From contig OZ252100.1 of assembly GCA_965248435.1 (NCBI GenBank), forward strand, positions 192,001-256,000: a DNA stretch of 64,000 nucleotides, written 5' to 3'. The notes under the pieces are model-generated. The model saw nothing but the letters and a program-made list of their open reading frames with translations. It was not told the DNA's origin and ran no database searches. Both the position numbers and the translations under genes were made by a program. Source of the DNA: Candidatus Latescibacterota bacterium. Lineage in GTDB: Bacteria; Latescibacterota; UBA2968; GCA-2709665. Position 1 is the first letter of the stretch, and the number at the start of each line of letters is the position of its first letter. Positions 1 through 9,525 of the stretch are shown here, in pieces.

Positions 1-49
1 GCACGAGGATGTGGTGGCCCTTTCCGTCGTTTGCTCTGGAAATCGCCAT
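1..49 (-). CDS. Possible N-terminus of a gene running off the left edge (MAISRANDGKGHHILV...), perhaps a receiver-domain protein
   Basis: ATG at 49 on the minus strand, open to the window edge; HHILV resembles REC strand beta-1; only 16 codons visible. Confidence 0.3.
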   Translation of the reverse strand, partial: MAISRANDGKGHHILV

Positions 50-223
50 CTCTGGATCATTTCAAAAGAGGGAAATGAGGAGGCGCGTGCCCTCTCTCGA
101 AAGGGTGAGGACCGGGTTCTGACATACGCTCTTTGAGTCTACAATCCTTTTGATTTCAGACATCAATTGATTATATTCGTTGCACCGTTTTTGCCATTCT
201 AACCCAGGATCGAAAGGGTCCGT

Positions 224-1603
224 GTGTCCCAGACCCTCCAGAACATAGGCACCGAATATCGCGATGTCCTGGCCGGTTCGGCAGACCTTTATGAACGCGC
301 CTGCGAGGTCTTTCCGAGCGGAGTGACCCACGACAACCGATTCAGACGTCCTTTTCCCGTCTACGCGGTTCGGGCCGAGGCGGGTCGCAAATGGGACGTG
401 GACGGCAGGGAATACGTCGACTTCTGGATGGGTCACGGCGCGCTGATACTGGGCCATTCGCATCCCACTCTGGTAAACGCAGTCACCGAGCAGATTCGGC
501 GCGGCACGCATTACGGATCGTGTCACGAGCTGGAGGTTGAGTGGGGGGAATGGGTGAAACGGCTGGTTCCTTCCGCGGAACGGGTTCGTTTCACGAGCTC
601 CGGGACCGAGGCCACACTGATGGCCCTCAGGTTGGCCCGCACCTTTTCAGACCGAAAGAAAGTGCTCAAGTTTCAAGGCCATTTCCACGGCTGGCACGAT
701 AACCTGATCTCTGGGCATAAACCGCCATATGACCGGCCGCCTCCAGCCGGGGTCCTTCCGGCCGTGGCGGATACTGTGCATCTATGTGCACCGAATGACA
801 TCGATGCCGTTGAGGACACTCTCAAGCGTGACAATGACGTCGCCTGTGTGATCATCGAGCCGACGGGCGGCGCGTTCGGGATGACCCCTACTCGAAAGGG
901 GTTTTTGACTGAATTGCGTGAAGTGACTTCGCGCTATGGCGTTCTCTTGATCTTTGACGAGGTCGTCACCGGTTTTCGTTGTGCGCCTGGTGGGGCACAG
1001 GCCTATTTTGGGGTCACACCTGACCTGACGACCATGGCGAAGATTCTGTCCGGCGGGCTGCCGGGCGGGTGCCTGGCGGGGCGGGAAGATATCATGAAGC
1101 TTCTGGCATTCCAGGGGGAGCCCGAGTGGGATTTGTTCCGGAAGATGCCGCATCAGGGGACTTTCAACGCAAACCCGCTTTCAGCGGCAGCCGGAATTGC
1201 CATGCTGAGCAAGATTGCGAACGGTGAGGAGATCGAAAAGGCGAATCGAATCGCGGATTCCTTGCGATCCCGCTTGAACGAGGTTGCCGCCTCACACCGG
1301 GCAGATTGGGTCGTCTACGGAGACTTTTCCCGGATTGCTTTCCTTGCCGGATGTGATTCACCGGCGGAAGATCTGCAGGCGATCCAGGAGGGGGCTTACG
1401 ACCATCGAAGGCTCAGGTCGGTGGATCCGGATCTGGACGGTCCTTTTCAGCAGGCGATGCTCCTTGAAGGGATTGATTTTACGGGGTGGATGGGGTTGAC
1501 GGCCTCGACGCACACCGAAGAAGATGTCGACCGAACCGCACAGGCGTTCGATCGAGCCCTTGACCGACTGAAGGCAGAAGGGCTTGTCAGGACGGCAGGT
1601 TGA
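224..1603 (+). CDS. Class III PLP-dependent aminotransferase (glutamate-1-semialdehyde aminomutase-like)
   Basis: WDVDGREYVDF, FTSSGTEAT, LIFDEVVTGFR, PDLTTMAKILSGGLP (PLP lysine) and GTFNANPL motifs. Confidence 0.9.
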   Translation: MSQTLQNIGTEYRDVLAGSADLYERACEVFPSGVTHDNRFRRPFPVYAVRAEAGRKWDVDGREYVDFWMGHGALILGHSHPTLVNAVTEQIRRGTHYGSCHELEVEWGEWVKRLVPSAERVRFTSSGTEATLMALRLARTFSDRKKVLKFQGHFHGWHDNLISGHKPPYDRPPPAGVLPAVADTVHLCAPNDIDAVEDTLKRDNDVACVIIEPTGGAFGMTPTRKGFLTELREVTSRYGVLLIFDEVVTGFRCAPGGAQAYFGVTPDLTTMAKILSGGLPGGCLAGREDIMKLLAFQGEPEWDLFRKMPHQGTFNANPLSAAAGIAMLSKIANGEEIEKANRIADSLRSRLNEVAASHRADWVVYGDFSRIAFLAGCDSPAEDLQAIQEGAYDHRRLRSVDPDLDGPFQQAMLLEGIDFTGWMGLTASTHTEEDVDRTAQAFDRALDRLKAEGLVRTAG

Positions 1604-1620
1604 TCTAGGAAGTAAAACCC

Positions 1621-2964
1621 ATGTCCGAAGACACGCGAGTGCTCATCGTAGATCACGGCAGATTTTCCTCGCTCATCTCGAAGATGCTGGTGGGAAAGTT
1701 TGCGACCGAGACGGCCGAGGATGGCCTGCAGGCCATCAAGGCCCTTAGGACCACCCCTCCGAATATCCTTATTGTGGACCAGGATATTCCGGGAAACGGC
1801 ATCAGGCTGGCAGAACTGGTTGGCATGAGCCCCAAATATAAAGACGTTTCAGTTGTCTTGACATCGGGAAAACCGTCTCCCGACACGATCATCCGGGCGA
1901 AAAACGCAGGTGTGAGCTCTTACCTGGCAAAGCCCTTCCGGCCCAGCGAGCTCGTGAATCGAATCGAGGGGGCGCTACTCAATCAAGCAGCTGCCACAGC
2001 GGCGGCCACCTCCGAATCTGCTTCTGGTGAAGATGGCAAAGAGGATGCTGCTGCTTCAGCCGCGGGAGGCGAGGGCGCAGAGGACGACGAAGGCGAAGAA
2101 GAGAGCGGATCCGCGGGTGACATCCGGAGCAAGGTGAAGAATATCGACGGACTGCCTCAATTCCCGGCCACTCACGCGGAAATCATGAAGCTGTCCAAGA
2201 GCGACGAATCTTCGAGCGAAGACCTGGCAGAGAAGATTCAGCTGGACCCCGGTTTTCTGGCGACCGTCCTCAAGCTGGCCAATTCCTCCTACTACGGGTT
2301 TAGCAAGAAGACCGATTCCCTTCAGCTGGCCGTCACCCGGTTGGGGATGGAGGAGATCGGCAATCTCGTGATGGCCGCCCAGGTATTCGAAAAACTGGGT
2401 GGCAATGATGAGGGCAGTGCTCTCGACATGGCAGGGCTTTGGAAACATTCCGTGGGCACGGCCTTCATCGCTCGCGCGGTCTCCAAAAAGCTTCAAACCG
2501 AAGTGGATGCTTCCTTCCTGGGCGGCATGCTGCACGACCTGGGCAAGATCGTACTGGATCGATTTTTCGCCGACTACTACGGGGCGGTGGTCGACACCGT
2601 CAAGTCGGAAAGCATGTCCCTGTATCAGGCCGAGATGGAAATCCTCGGGGTCAGCCACGCCGAAGTGGGTGGCCTGCTCGCAGAGTCGTGGGCCTTCTCG
2701 AAGAACTTCCAGAACTGCATGACGCACCATCATCTACCCAGGGGGACGCGCCGTCATCAGCGATTGGTGTGTGTCATCCATCTGGCGGACGTCTTATGTC
2801 ATCAACTCGAGTTCGGGTCGGGTGGGGACGAGCAGGTTCCAGACGTGGACGAGAGCGCATTGGACCGCTTCTCGATTGGCGACCGTGGGCTGACGACCTT
2901 GAAGGAGGTGGCCGAGACCGATCTCGGAGACGCCGAATCTTTCCTTAGCGGCCTGGCGAAATAA
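1621..2964 (+). CDS. Response regulator receiver + HDOD domain protein
   Basis: N-terminal REC (LIVDQDIP, YLAKPF), acidic linker, HDOD motifs DPGFLATVLKLANSSYYG, LWKHSV, GMLHDLGKIVL, HAEVGGLLAESW. Confidence 0.9.
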   Translation: MSEDTRVLIVDHGRFSSLISKMLVGKFATETAEDGLQAIKALRTTPPNILIVDQDIPGNGIRLAELVGMSPKYKDVSVVLTSGKPSPDTIIRAKNAGVSSYLAKPFRPSELVNRIEGALLNQAAATAAATSESASGEDGKEDAAASAAGGEGAEDDEGEEESGSAGDIRSKVKNIDGLPQFPATHAEIMKLSKSDESSSEDLAEKIQLDPGFLATVLKLANSSYYGFSKKTDSLQLAVTRLGMEEIGNLVMAAQVFEKLGGNDEGSALDMAGLWKHSVGTAFIARAVSKKLQTEVDASFLGGMLHDLGKIVLDRFFADYYGAVVDTVKSESMSLYQAEMEILGVSHAEVGGLLAESWAFSKNFQNCMTHHHLPRGTRRHQRLVCVIHLADVLCHQLEFGSGGDEQVPDVDESALDRFSIGDRGLTTLKEVAETDLGDAESFLSGLAK

Positions 2965-3280
2965 AAGACCGTCGTTCGTAGATCGTCGTTCGTCTCAATC
3001 GTTCCGCTAGTTTAAGACCCGCTCCCCCCTAAAGTTCCAACCCTAATTCAATCGTCAATAGCCCTTCTTTGCAATCCTAAGTCCGTTCGAGTTCGGATTC
3101 AATAAACAGCATTCGCTTCATCCTGCCATTATCTCCTCCTAGCAGGTGCACCTAACCTAGATTTTCAAGCTCTCCCTCAGGGTTCCTCCAGCCGAGTCCG
3201 TCGTTTCGTAGCCAACCACATCTATAGCGACACGCGGGTTTGTGTCCCTTACCCGGCCACTTTAAGAAGGATTCTATAGA

Positions 3281-5146
3281 ATGCCCAATCGAATCCGCAT
3301 TCTCCCGGATGAAACCGCGAACCGGATTGCGGCCGGGGAGGTCGTAGAGCGGCCCGCCTCTGTCGTTAAAGAGCTTGTCGAAAACGCCATCGACGCTGAC
3401 GCGGACAGGGTTGTGGTTGAGATAAAGGCCGGCGGGAAAGAGCAGATTCGCGTGAGCGACAATGGCGTAGGGATGTCGCAAGATGATGCGCTCCTTTCGC
3501 TGGAGCGGCACGCGACCAGCAAGATCTCTGACCTGTCCGACCTGCGAGGCCTGCGAACGCTTGGTTTCCGTGGGGAGGCACTTCCCAGCATGGCTGCCGT
3601 GTCAAGAATGGTCCTGGAAACCTGTCTTCGGGATGAGACAGAAGGAACGCGGATCGTCGTTGAAGGGGGGCGAATAAGAGATGTGTCTCCGGTCGGACGC
3701 GGCGCCGGGACAACAGTGTCGGCCGACGGGATTTTCTTCAATGTGCCGGCCAGGCGCAAGTTCCTCAAGGGGACCGAAACCGAAATGCGGCACGTCGTCA
3801 ACTCGGTTACCGGTCTGGCGATCGCCTATCCGGAGATCGCCTTCACCCTCTCACACAATGGCCGAGAGGTCCACAACCTGCAGCGATCGGACCGCAAGCA
3901 AAGGATCGAAACCATCTTCGACCTCGCGGCCGATAGAAATGCGATCTACGTTGAAAAATTGACGCAAGGCATCGGCGTGCACGGGTTCGTCGGGCTTCCG
4001 GAATCGGCCCGTAAGTCGGGGGCTCGGCAGGCCTTGATCGTAAACGGGCGCTGGGTGTTTCACAAGGGGATCTCGTATGCGATCTTCGACGGCTACGGGG
4101 GCCTGCTGCCGCGCGGCCTCTACCCGACCTTCTGCATCTTTCTGGAGGTGGACCCGAGCCGGATCGATGTGAACGTCCATCCATCGAAACGGGAGGTCCG
4201 CTTCACTGACGAGCGGGCGATTTACCGGGTGATTGCAGATGCCGTGCGCGAGTCTCTGACGATCGCGAACGTGATCCCGGAATTCTCTCAACCTCCCTTC
4301 GCGCGACCGTCTTCAGGCCTGCCGGAGGAGGCCAGCGATGACTTTGGCGAGCCGGCATCGCTCCCACCGCCCGCGAGTATCGTTGCGGATCGACCGGGCG
4401 GAGGCCCGCGCGGGGCCTACCTTCCTGGACATCTGACGCTCGAGGCTGAGCGCCAGATGACCCTCTCGCTGACCCGTGCTCAGCCGGGAGCTGATCCAAT
4501 GGAAGGGACTGGGCAACAGGACGATACAGAGCTCTTTGAAGATGATACATCGGAGATCGCAGCGTGGCAGCTTCATCGGCGCTATATCCTCGCCCACATC
4601 AAGCAGGGCGTCGTGATCATCGATCAGCACGTGGCTCACGAGCGGGTGCGTTACGAGGCGGCATTGGACCAATTTCAGGCAACCTCGGGAACCGGCCAAG
4701 GCCTGCTCTTCCCGCTGACGCTTGATTTCAGCCTGCCGGAGAAGGAGATCCTGAACGAAGCCATCCCGCTGTTGGACAGGATGGGGTTCAGCATCCGAGA
4801 CTTCGGGGGGAACAGTATGGTTGTGGATGCGATTCCGGTAGACCTGGAGATCTGGCAGGATGGCAAACTCCTGCGCGAAATCGTGGATGACCTGATTGAC
4901 GACGAACAGCGCCTGGATACCCCTCCATCACAGCAGGATCCCAAGGTCACGCCCCTCGAGCACCACCTCGCGGCTTCCTACGCTTGCCATACATCGATCC
5001 GATCGGGAGATGCACTCTCGACTCAGGAGATGCGCGGCCTCATAGATAAGCTTTTCGCCACACGCGAGCCCTTCGTCTGTCCCCACGGTCGGCCGATCGT
5101 GGTCAAGGTCCCCCTGCAGGAAATCGACCGTCGTTTCGGGCGTTAG
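3281..5146 (+). CDS. mutL: DNA mismatch repair protein MutL
   Basis: NRIAAGEVVERPASVVKELVENAIDA, GFRGEAL, DVNVHPSKREV, IDQHVAHER, CPHGRP. Confidence 0.98.
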   Translation: MPNRIRILPDETANRIAAGEVVERPASVVKELVENAIDADADRVVVEIKAGGKEQIRVSDNGVGMSQDDALLSLERHATSKISDLSDLRGLRTLGFRGEALPSMAAVSRMVLETCLRDETEGTRIVVEGGRIRDVSPVGRGAGTTVSADGIFFNVPARRKFLKGTETEMRHVVNSVTGLAIAYPEIAFTLSHNGREVHNLQRSDRKQRIETIFDLAADRNAIYVEKLTQGIGVHGFVGLPESARKSGARQALIVNGRWVFHKGISYAIFDGYGGLLPRGLYPTFCIFLEVDPSRIDVNVHPSKREVRFTDERAIYRVIADAVRESLTIANVIPEFSQPPFARPSSGLPEEASDDFGEPASLPPPASIVADRPGGGPRGAYLPGHLTLEAERQMTLSLTRAQPGADPMEGTGQQDDTELFEDDTSEIAAWQLHRRYILAHIKQGVVIIDQHVAHERVRYEAALDQFQATSGTGQGLLFPLTLDFSLPEKEILNEAIPLLDRMGFSIRDFGGNSMVVDAIPVDLEIWQDGKLLREIVDDLIDDEQRLDTPPSQQDPKVTPLEHHLAASYACHTSIRSGDALSTQEMRGLIDKLFATREPFVCPHGRPIVVKVPLQEIDRRFGR

Positions 5147-5151
5147 ACGCC

Positions 5152-6072
5152 GTGTCTGAGCTACCCCTTCTGCTCGTCCTCGCTGGACCGACAGCGACCG
5201 GCAAGACCAGAACCGGTATCGGCCTCGCCGAAGCATTGGATGGGGAGATCATCTCGGCGGATGCCCGGCAGATCTATCGCCACATGGATATCGGCACTGC
5301 CAAGCCGAATAAGGAGGAACGGGCGGACGCGTCTCACCATGTTATCGACGTGGCGAACCCGGATGAGACCTATAGCGCTGGACGCTACGCGAGAGAGGCT
5401 GCGGCCGCGATCGACGATGTGATCAAAAGGGGGCGATCTCCGATCGTAGTGGGGGGGTCGGGGTTTTATCTGGAAGCGCTGCTCAAAGGGTTCTCGCCGA
5501 TCCCCGAGGTTCCACCAGATATGAGGGCCGCCCTGCAGGAGCAGGCGAGGGCTGATCTGGAGGGTCTGTATCGTCGACTGATGGGGGTGGATCCCGAAAC
5601 GGCATCGCGCCTGAATGCGAACGATGCGCAGAGGATCGTGAGGGGGCTGGAAGTGTATGAAGCGACCGGCGAGAAGCTGTCGGACCTTCAAGCCCTTCCT
5701 CGAGCGCAATACGGATCCTGGAACGTCAAATCGTTCGGCCTGACGATGGATCGGGAAGCGCTCTATCGCAGGATCGAGGACCGAGTGGGGAGAATGATCG
5801 AAGCGGGGCTGATCGAAGAAGTGAAGGGCCTCCGAGAGATGGGATATGGTCCGGAACTGAACGCGCTGAATACGTTCGGTTACCGGGAGACGTTTTCTTA
5901 CCTGGATGGGCGGATGAGATTGGATGATGCGGTGGAGGAGATGAAGATGGAGACGCGGCGCTACGCCAAACGCCAGATGACCTGGTTCAGGCGGGATCGC
6001 GAGATCGCCTGGATTGATCCCACCACGCAGGACGCCCCTTCTGAGATCCTTCGCGTGCTGGAAAGGGGTTGA
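5152..6072 (+). CDS. miaA: tRNA dimethylallyltransferase
   Basis: GPTATGKT P-loop, IISADARQIYRHMDIGTAKP, VGGSGFY, TRRYAKRQMTWF; follows mutL. Confidence 0.97.
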   Translation: MSELPLLLVLAGPTATGKTRTGIGLAEALDGEIISADARQIYRHMDIGTAKPNKEERADASHHVIDVANPDETYSAGRYAREAAAAIDDVIKRGRSPIVVGGSGFYLEALLKGFSPIPEVPPDMRAALQEQARADLEGLYRRLMGVDPETASRLNANDAQRIVRGLEVYEATGEKLSDLQALPRAQYGSWNVKSFGLTMDREALYRRIEDRVGRMIEAGLIEEVKGLREMGYGPELNALNTFGYRETFSYLDGRMRLDDAVEEMKMETRRYAKRQMTWFRRDREIAWIDPTTQDAPSEILRVLERG

Positions 6073-6097
6073 CAGACCTGTAGGGACTGGCTAGATT
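6069..6097 (+). promoter_or_regulatory. Sigma-70-type promoter for tRNA-Gly
   Basis: TTGACA (6069-6074), 17-nt spacer, TAGATT (6092-6097), 13 nt upstream of the tRNA. Confidence 0.75.
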
Positions 6098-6110
6098 CGG
6101 GAATACCGGG

Positions 6111-6185
6111 GCGGGAGTAGTTCAGCGGTAGAACGCAAGCTTCCCAAGCTTGATGTCGCGGGTTCGATCCCCGTCTCCCGCTCCA
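6111..6185 (+). tRNA. tRNA-Gly (anticodon CCC)
   Basis: Cloverleaf: GCGGGAG/CTCCCGC acceptor stem, GTTC/GAAC D arm, CAAGC-TTCCCAA-GCTTG anticodon arm, GGTTCGATCC T arm, encoded CCA. Confidence 0.97.
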
Positions 6186-6253
6186 AATAATCTATTGAAC
6201 AACAATAACTTACGGGCAGCTGGCCAGTCAGCCAACTGCCCATTCTTCTGTCC

Positions 6254-6272
6254 TGCTAACAGCGTGCTAACA
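6254..6272 (+). repeat. Putative integrase arm-type direct repeats (left end)
   Basis: TGCTAACA-GCG-TGCTAACA, 11-bp period; matches 9241-9259 at 16/19 nt. Confidence 0.65.
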
Positions 6273-6416
6273 AAAGACTGATTTCTGCCGCTTTGTCAGT
6301 GGACAGGTCATTTCCAAAAGGCACTATCGGTAACAAATTGCGTGGAACGGGATTTGGTTATACCTTGCATGGTCGTCCGCGTAGTCTCCACTAATGTCCA
6401 ACAGCATCGAGGCGCT

Positions 6417-9119
6417 ATGACAACCGAACACGCCTGGACCCACCGTGGTTTCGAATCCTTTTCTGAAGGCCGCTTTGAAGATGGTGGCACCAACCTCTAC
6501 GTCAACGCTAAGGGCATCATTGAGACCATCCATCGCACGGACGTCGACAACGACGGCTATGTCGACATCGTCTTGCCGAACGCACAGGGCTACAACGAAC
6601 GCGGACCGACCTGGATCTACAAGCCCGGTCCCGGCGACGGTGCGACGTGGGAACGGCGTGAGTTGCCGACCGACAGCGGCGACTCGTGCCGCATCGTGGA
6701 CCTGGACGGCGACGGGCATCAGGATCTGATCATCATTAATTCGTCGAACGGCGTGTCGTGCGAATTGCTCTGCCACATCTACTGGGGCGGGCCGAACGGG
6801 CTGACCGGTGAGAGGACCGATCTGCGGACGGTCGGGGCCTACGACGTTGCCGTCTTCGACGTAAACGGGGACGGGCGTCTGGACCTGGTTTTTCCGTCGG
6901 CGTGGGTCGATCATCACAACCCGGGGAGACCCCTTCCGCTGCACGTTTACCTGCAGGGAGACGACCGACAGTTCAAAGACCGGGGCGAGGAGTACGGTCT
7001 CACCGGGATCGGCGCCCGGTCTGTGGCGGTGGCGGACCTGAACGGGGACGGTCATCTCGACCTGGTGGTGGCCAACTACCGCCACGAGTTCGAATACAAA
7101 ATCGATTCTTACATCTACTGGGGCACGAAGGACGGTTTCGACACGACGCCCCAGGGTCTTCCGACGGACACGGCGACCAAGGTGTTCCTCGCCGATTTCA
7201 ACGGGAACGGCCGGCCTGATATCATGTTCTGCGGCAACAACAAGGTCCAAGTCTACTGGAACGACGAGGGTCGCTTCAGTCCCGACAATGGTCTGGTCGT
7301 CGAGACGGAGGGGCTTCAAGGCGAATTTCACTTCGGCAAACTCTACGCTACGGCGGCCGACGTGGACGGCGACGGGCGGGACGAGCTGCTGGTCGCGACA
7401 CAGCGCGGGGTGGAGATCCGGTCCGCCGACGATCTGACCGAGGTGAAGCAGTTCCTGCCGCTGACATATGCCTACTGCGTCCACACCGCAGACCTGGACG
7501 GCGACGGACGTCCGGAGCTGATCGTCAGCAAGTATCAAGAGACGGAGACCTTCAACACGCAATCGGCGATCTACTGGAATGGTCCGGATGGATATTCGAC
7601 CGAACGCTGCGCCCGCGTGCCGACGATGGGGGCCGAGGGGGTGACCGCGGGCGACCTCGACGGCGACGGCAAGCCGGTTGTGGTCTTCTGCAATACCATG
7701 ACCGGACACGCCAAGACCAGCCCGACGCTGCCCTCCTACATCTACTTCGGAGGGCCTGAGGCGGACTACGGCGTGCACCGCCGCCAGGAATTGCCGGTGG
7801 GCGGCGAATGTTCTGAATGCGCGGTCACCGATCTGGACCTCGACGGGTGGAACGATCTCGTGTTCGGCAATATGGAAGGCCTGCGCATCTTTCAGGGAGG
7901 TCCCGACGGCTTCCATCCGGACCGTTATGAGGATCTGCCCTGTTTCATGCCGGGCGTGCAGGTGGCGGACTTCAACAGAGACGGGTATCTGGACATCTTG
8001 GCGCTCAGTCACACCTACAACGACAAGCCGGAGACGTTCGCGAATTCCTCGCGCATTTTCTGGGGCTCCGCCGAGGGATTCAGTCCCGATCGCTTCGACA
8101 TCTTTCCGACATTCACCGGCTCCCACGCCCATCTGGCCGACTTTACTCGAAACGGAACCCTGGATGTGCTGGTTGGGGACAAGCGCGGTTACATCCTGAT
8201 CTATCTGGGTGGCCCGGGGGGGTATTCCCTCGACCGCACGCAGCGCATCCCGATGTACAAGGACTGGCTCGGCAACGTCAACACGGCCGCCGACCTGAAC
8301 GGCAACGGTTGGCTTGACCTGGTGGTTTCCAGCGCCGGCCACTACCTCCGCAGGCCGGATACGCTGACGATCTTCTATGGCGGCCCGGACGGCTACAGCT
8401 GGGACAACACGCAGCACTATGAGGGCGGCTTCTCGCCTGGACAGATGACCGTCGCGGACCTGAACAACAACGGCCTGCTGGACCTGATCGTGCCGGCGTA
8501 CTCGACCGAACTGACGCGGGTCGTGCCGGTGCAGATCTTCTGGAACCAGGGGGACCGCTTCGACCTGGAACACCCGCTCGTGCTGCACGCGGATGCCGGC
8601 TTCGAGGCGCTCCCGATCGATCTCAACCGAAACGGCTACATCGACCTGTTCCTTGCGTGCCATCGCAACGACGTCGGCCACGTTGTGGACTCCCATATCT
8701 TCTGGAACGGCCCGGAAGGAATATCGAACGACCGCACGACGCCGCTGCCCGGCATGGGGCCTCACAGGCTGAATGCCCGCATGCCCGGGAACGCCTACAC
8801 GCGAGAGCCGATCGAACGCTACACCTCGCCGGCACACGAGACGGGTGATCGTCGGCCGTGCCGGATCAGCTGGGAGGCCGAGGTACCCGAGACGACGACT
8901 TTGCAGTTCGAGTTGCGCTGTGCGGAGAACGAAACGGCGCTGGAGCAGATGCCGTGGATGGGACCGGAAGGGGGGGGGTCGATGTTCGAGAATACGGGGG
9001 TGTCGATTCCGGAGCTGTGGCCGTCGACCCGCTTTGTGCAGTATCGCGCGACATTCACATCGCTATACGGCTGCCGTTCGCCACGGCTGCGCCAGGTCCG
9101 TATCGATTTCCGAAGCTGA
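6417..9119 (+). CDS. Large FG-GAP/VCBS repeat (beta-propeller) protein
   Basis: More than a dozen DxNxDGxxDL Ca-binding repeats with IYWG/IFWG spacers; start moved to ATG 6417 after a GAGG RBS. Confidence 0.88.
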   Translation: MTTEHAWTHRGFESFSEGRFEDGGTNLYVNAKGIIETIHRTDVDNDGYVDIVLPNAQGYNERGPTWIYKPGPGDGATWERRELPTDSGDSCRIVDLDGDGHQDLIIINSSNGVSCELLCHIYWGGPNGLTGERTDLRTVGAYDVAVFDVNGDGRLDLVFPSAWVDHHNPGRPLPLHVYLQGDDRQFKDRGEEYGLTGIGARSVAVADLNGDGHLDLVVANYRHEFEYKIDSYIYWGTKDGFDTTPQGLPTDTATKVFLADFNGNGRPDIMFCGNNKVQVYWNDEGRFSPDNGLVVETEGLQGEFHFGKLYATAADVDGDGRDELLVATQRGVEIRSADDLTEVKQFLPLTYAYCVHTADLDGDGRPELIVSKYQETETFNTQSAIYWNGPDGYSTERCARVPTMGAEGVTAGDLDGDGKPVVVFCNTMTGHAKTSPTLPSYIYFGGPEADYGVHRRQELPVGGECSECAVTDLDLDGWNDLVFGNMEGLRIFQGGPDGFHPDRYEDLPCFMPGVQVADFNRDGYLDILALSHTYNDKPETFANSSRIFWGSAEGFSPDRFDIFPTFTGSHAHLADFTRNGTLDVLVGDKRGYILIYLGGPGGYSLDRTQRIPMYKDWLGNVNTAADLNGNGWLDLVVSSAGHYLRRPDTLTIFYGGPDGYSWDNTQHYEGGFSPGQMTVADLNNNGLLDLIVPAYSTELTRVVPVQIFWNQGDRFDLEHPLVLHADAGFEALPIDLNRNGYIDLFLACHRNDVGHVVDSHIFWNGPEGISNDRTTPLPGMGPHRLNARMPGNAYTREPIERYTSPAHETGDRRPCRISWEAEVPETTTLQFELRCAENETALEQMPWMGPEGGGSMFENTGVSIPELWPSTRFVQYRATFTSLYGCRSPRLRQVRIDFRS

Positions 9120-9240
9120 AGACGAGAGGACCCTGCCAAGCTACCGGATCGAGGCTTGGAAGGGACCTGCCGATGAGAAAGATCTGGTTTGTGAAGTAAC
9201 GCAGAGATCGCCGTGACAGGTAATGATGTGCCACTATTCG

Positions 9241-9292
9241 TACTAACAGCCTGCTAACCGGACCGACCGAAACGGGCCGAAACAGCCGAGAT
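9241..9292 (+). repeat. Putative arm-type repeats plus CCGAAAC direct repeats (right end)
   Basis: TACTAACA-GCC-TGCTAACC (9241-9259); CCGAAAC at 9267 and 9277; CCGAGAT at 9286. Confidence 0.6.
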
Positions 9293-9304
9293 GCCAAATA
9301 ATGA

Positions 9305-9352
9305 CTTCCCAAGCTTGATGTCGCGGGTTCGATAAGCCCCGTCTTCGCTCCA
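9305..9352 (+). repeat. att-type duplication of the tRNA-Gly 3' half
   Basis: CTTCCCAAGCTTGATGTCGCGGGTTCGAT (29 nt) identical to 6140-6168, then an imperfect copy of the tRNA 3' end. Confidence 0.9.
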
Positions 9353-9525
9353 GAATCTCCTCTTGAATATCTTTGGAGGATCGCTTTTTGCGATCCTCCG
9401 TTTTTGTAGATGCCACGGATGCACAAAGAAAGGGCCCCGTTCGCGAACTGCGAGCGGGGCCTTCTCAGTCTAGCGCTTCCCTCAATACGGATGATTTTAG
9501 ATGTTTGGTTCCTCAAGAAACCTGT

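Larger units (their letters stand above)
6140..9352. mobile_element. Integrase-less integrative cassette (CIME-like) in the tRNA-Gly 3' end carrying one FG-GAP gene
   Basis: tRNA 6140-6168 is repeated exactly at 9305-9333 and followed by a degenerate CCCCGTCTTCGCTCCA; paired TGCTAAC repeats lie inside both ends. Confidence 0.8.

Noticed and set aside
2970-3005. Short CGTCGTTCGT direct repeat after the HDOD gene
   Set aside because: Only two 10-nt copies, with no spacer array or cas genes; not a CRISPR.
6324-8837. 837-aa minus-strand ORF
   Set aside because: Antisense shadow of the GC-rich FG-GAP gene; no motifs and typical reverse-frame composition.
9120-9240. Integrase remnant next to the att repeat
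   Set aside because: No recognisable tyrosine recombinase motifs (HxxR, LGH, catalytic Y) found by eye.
9305-9352. Second tRNA-Gly gene
   Set aside because: Only the 3' half is present, with a damaged T arm and acceptor end; interpreted as an att duplication.
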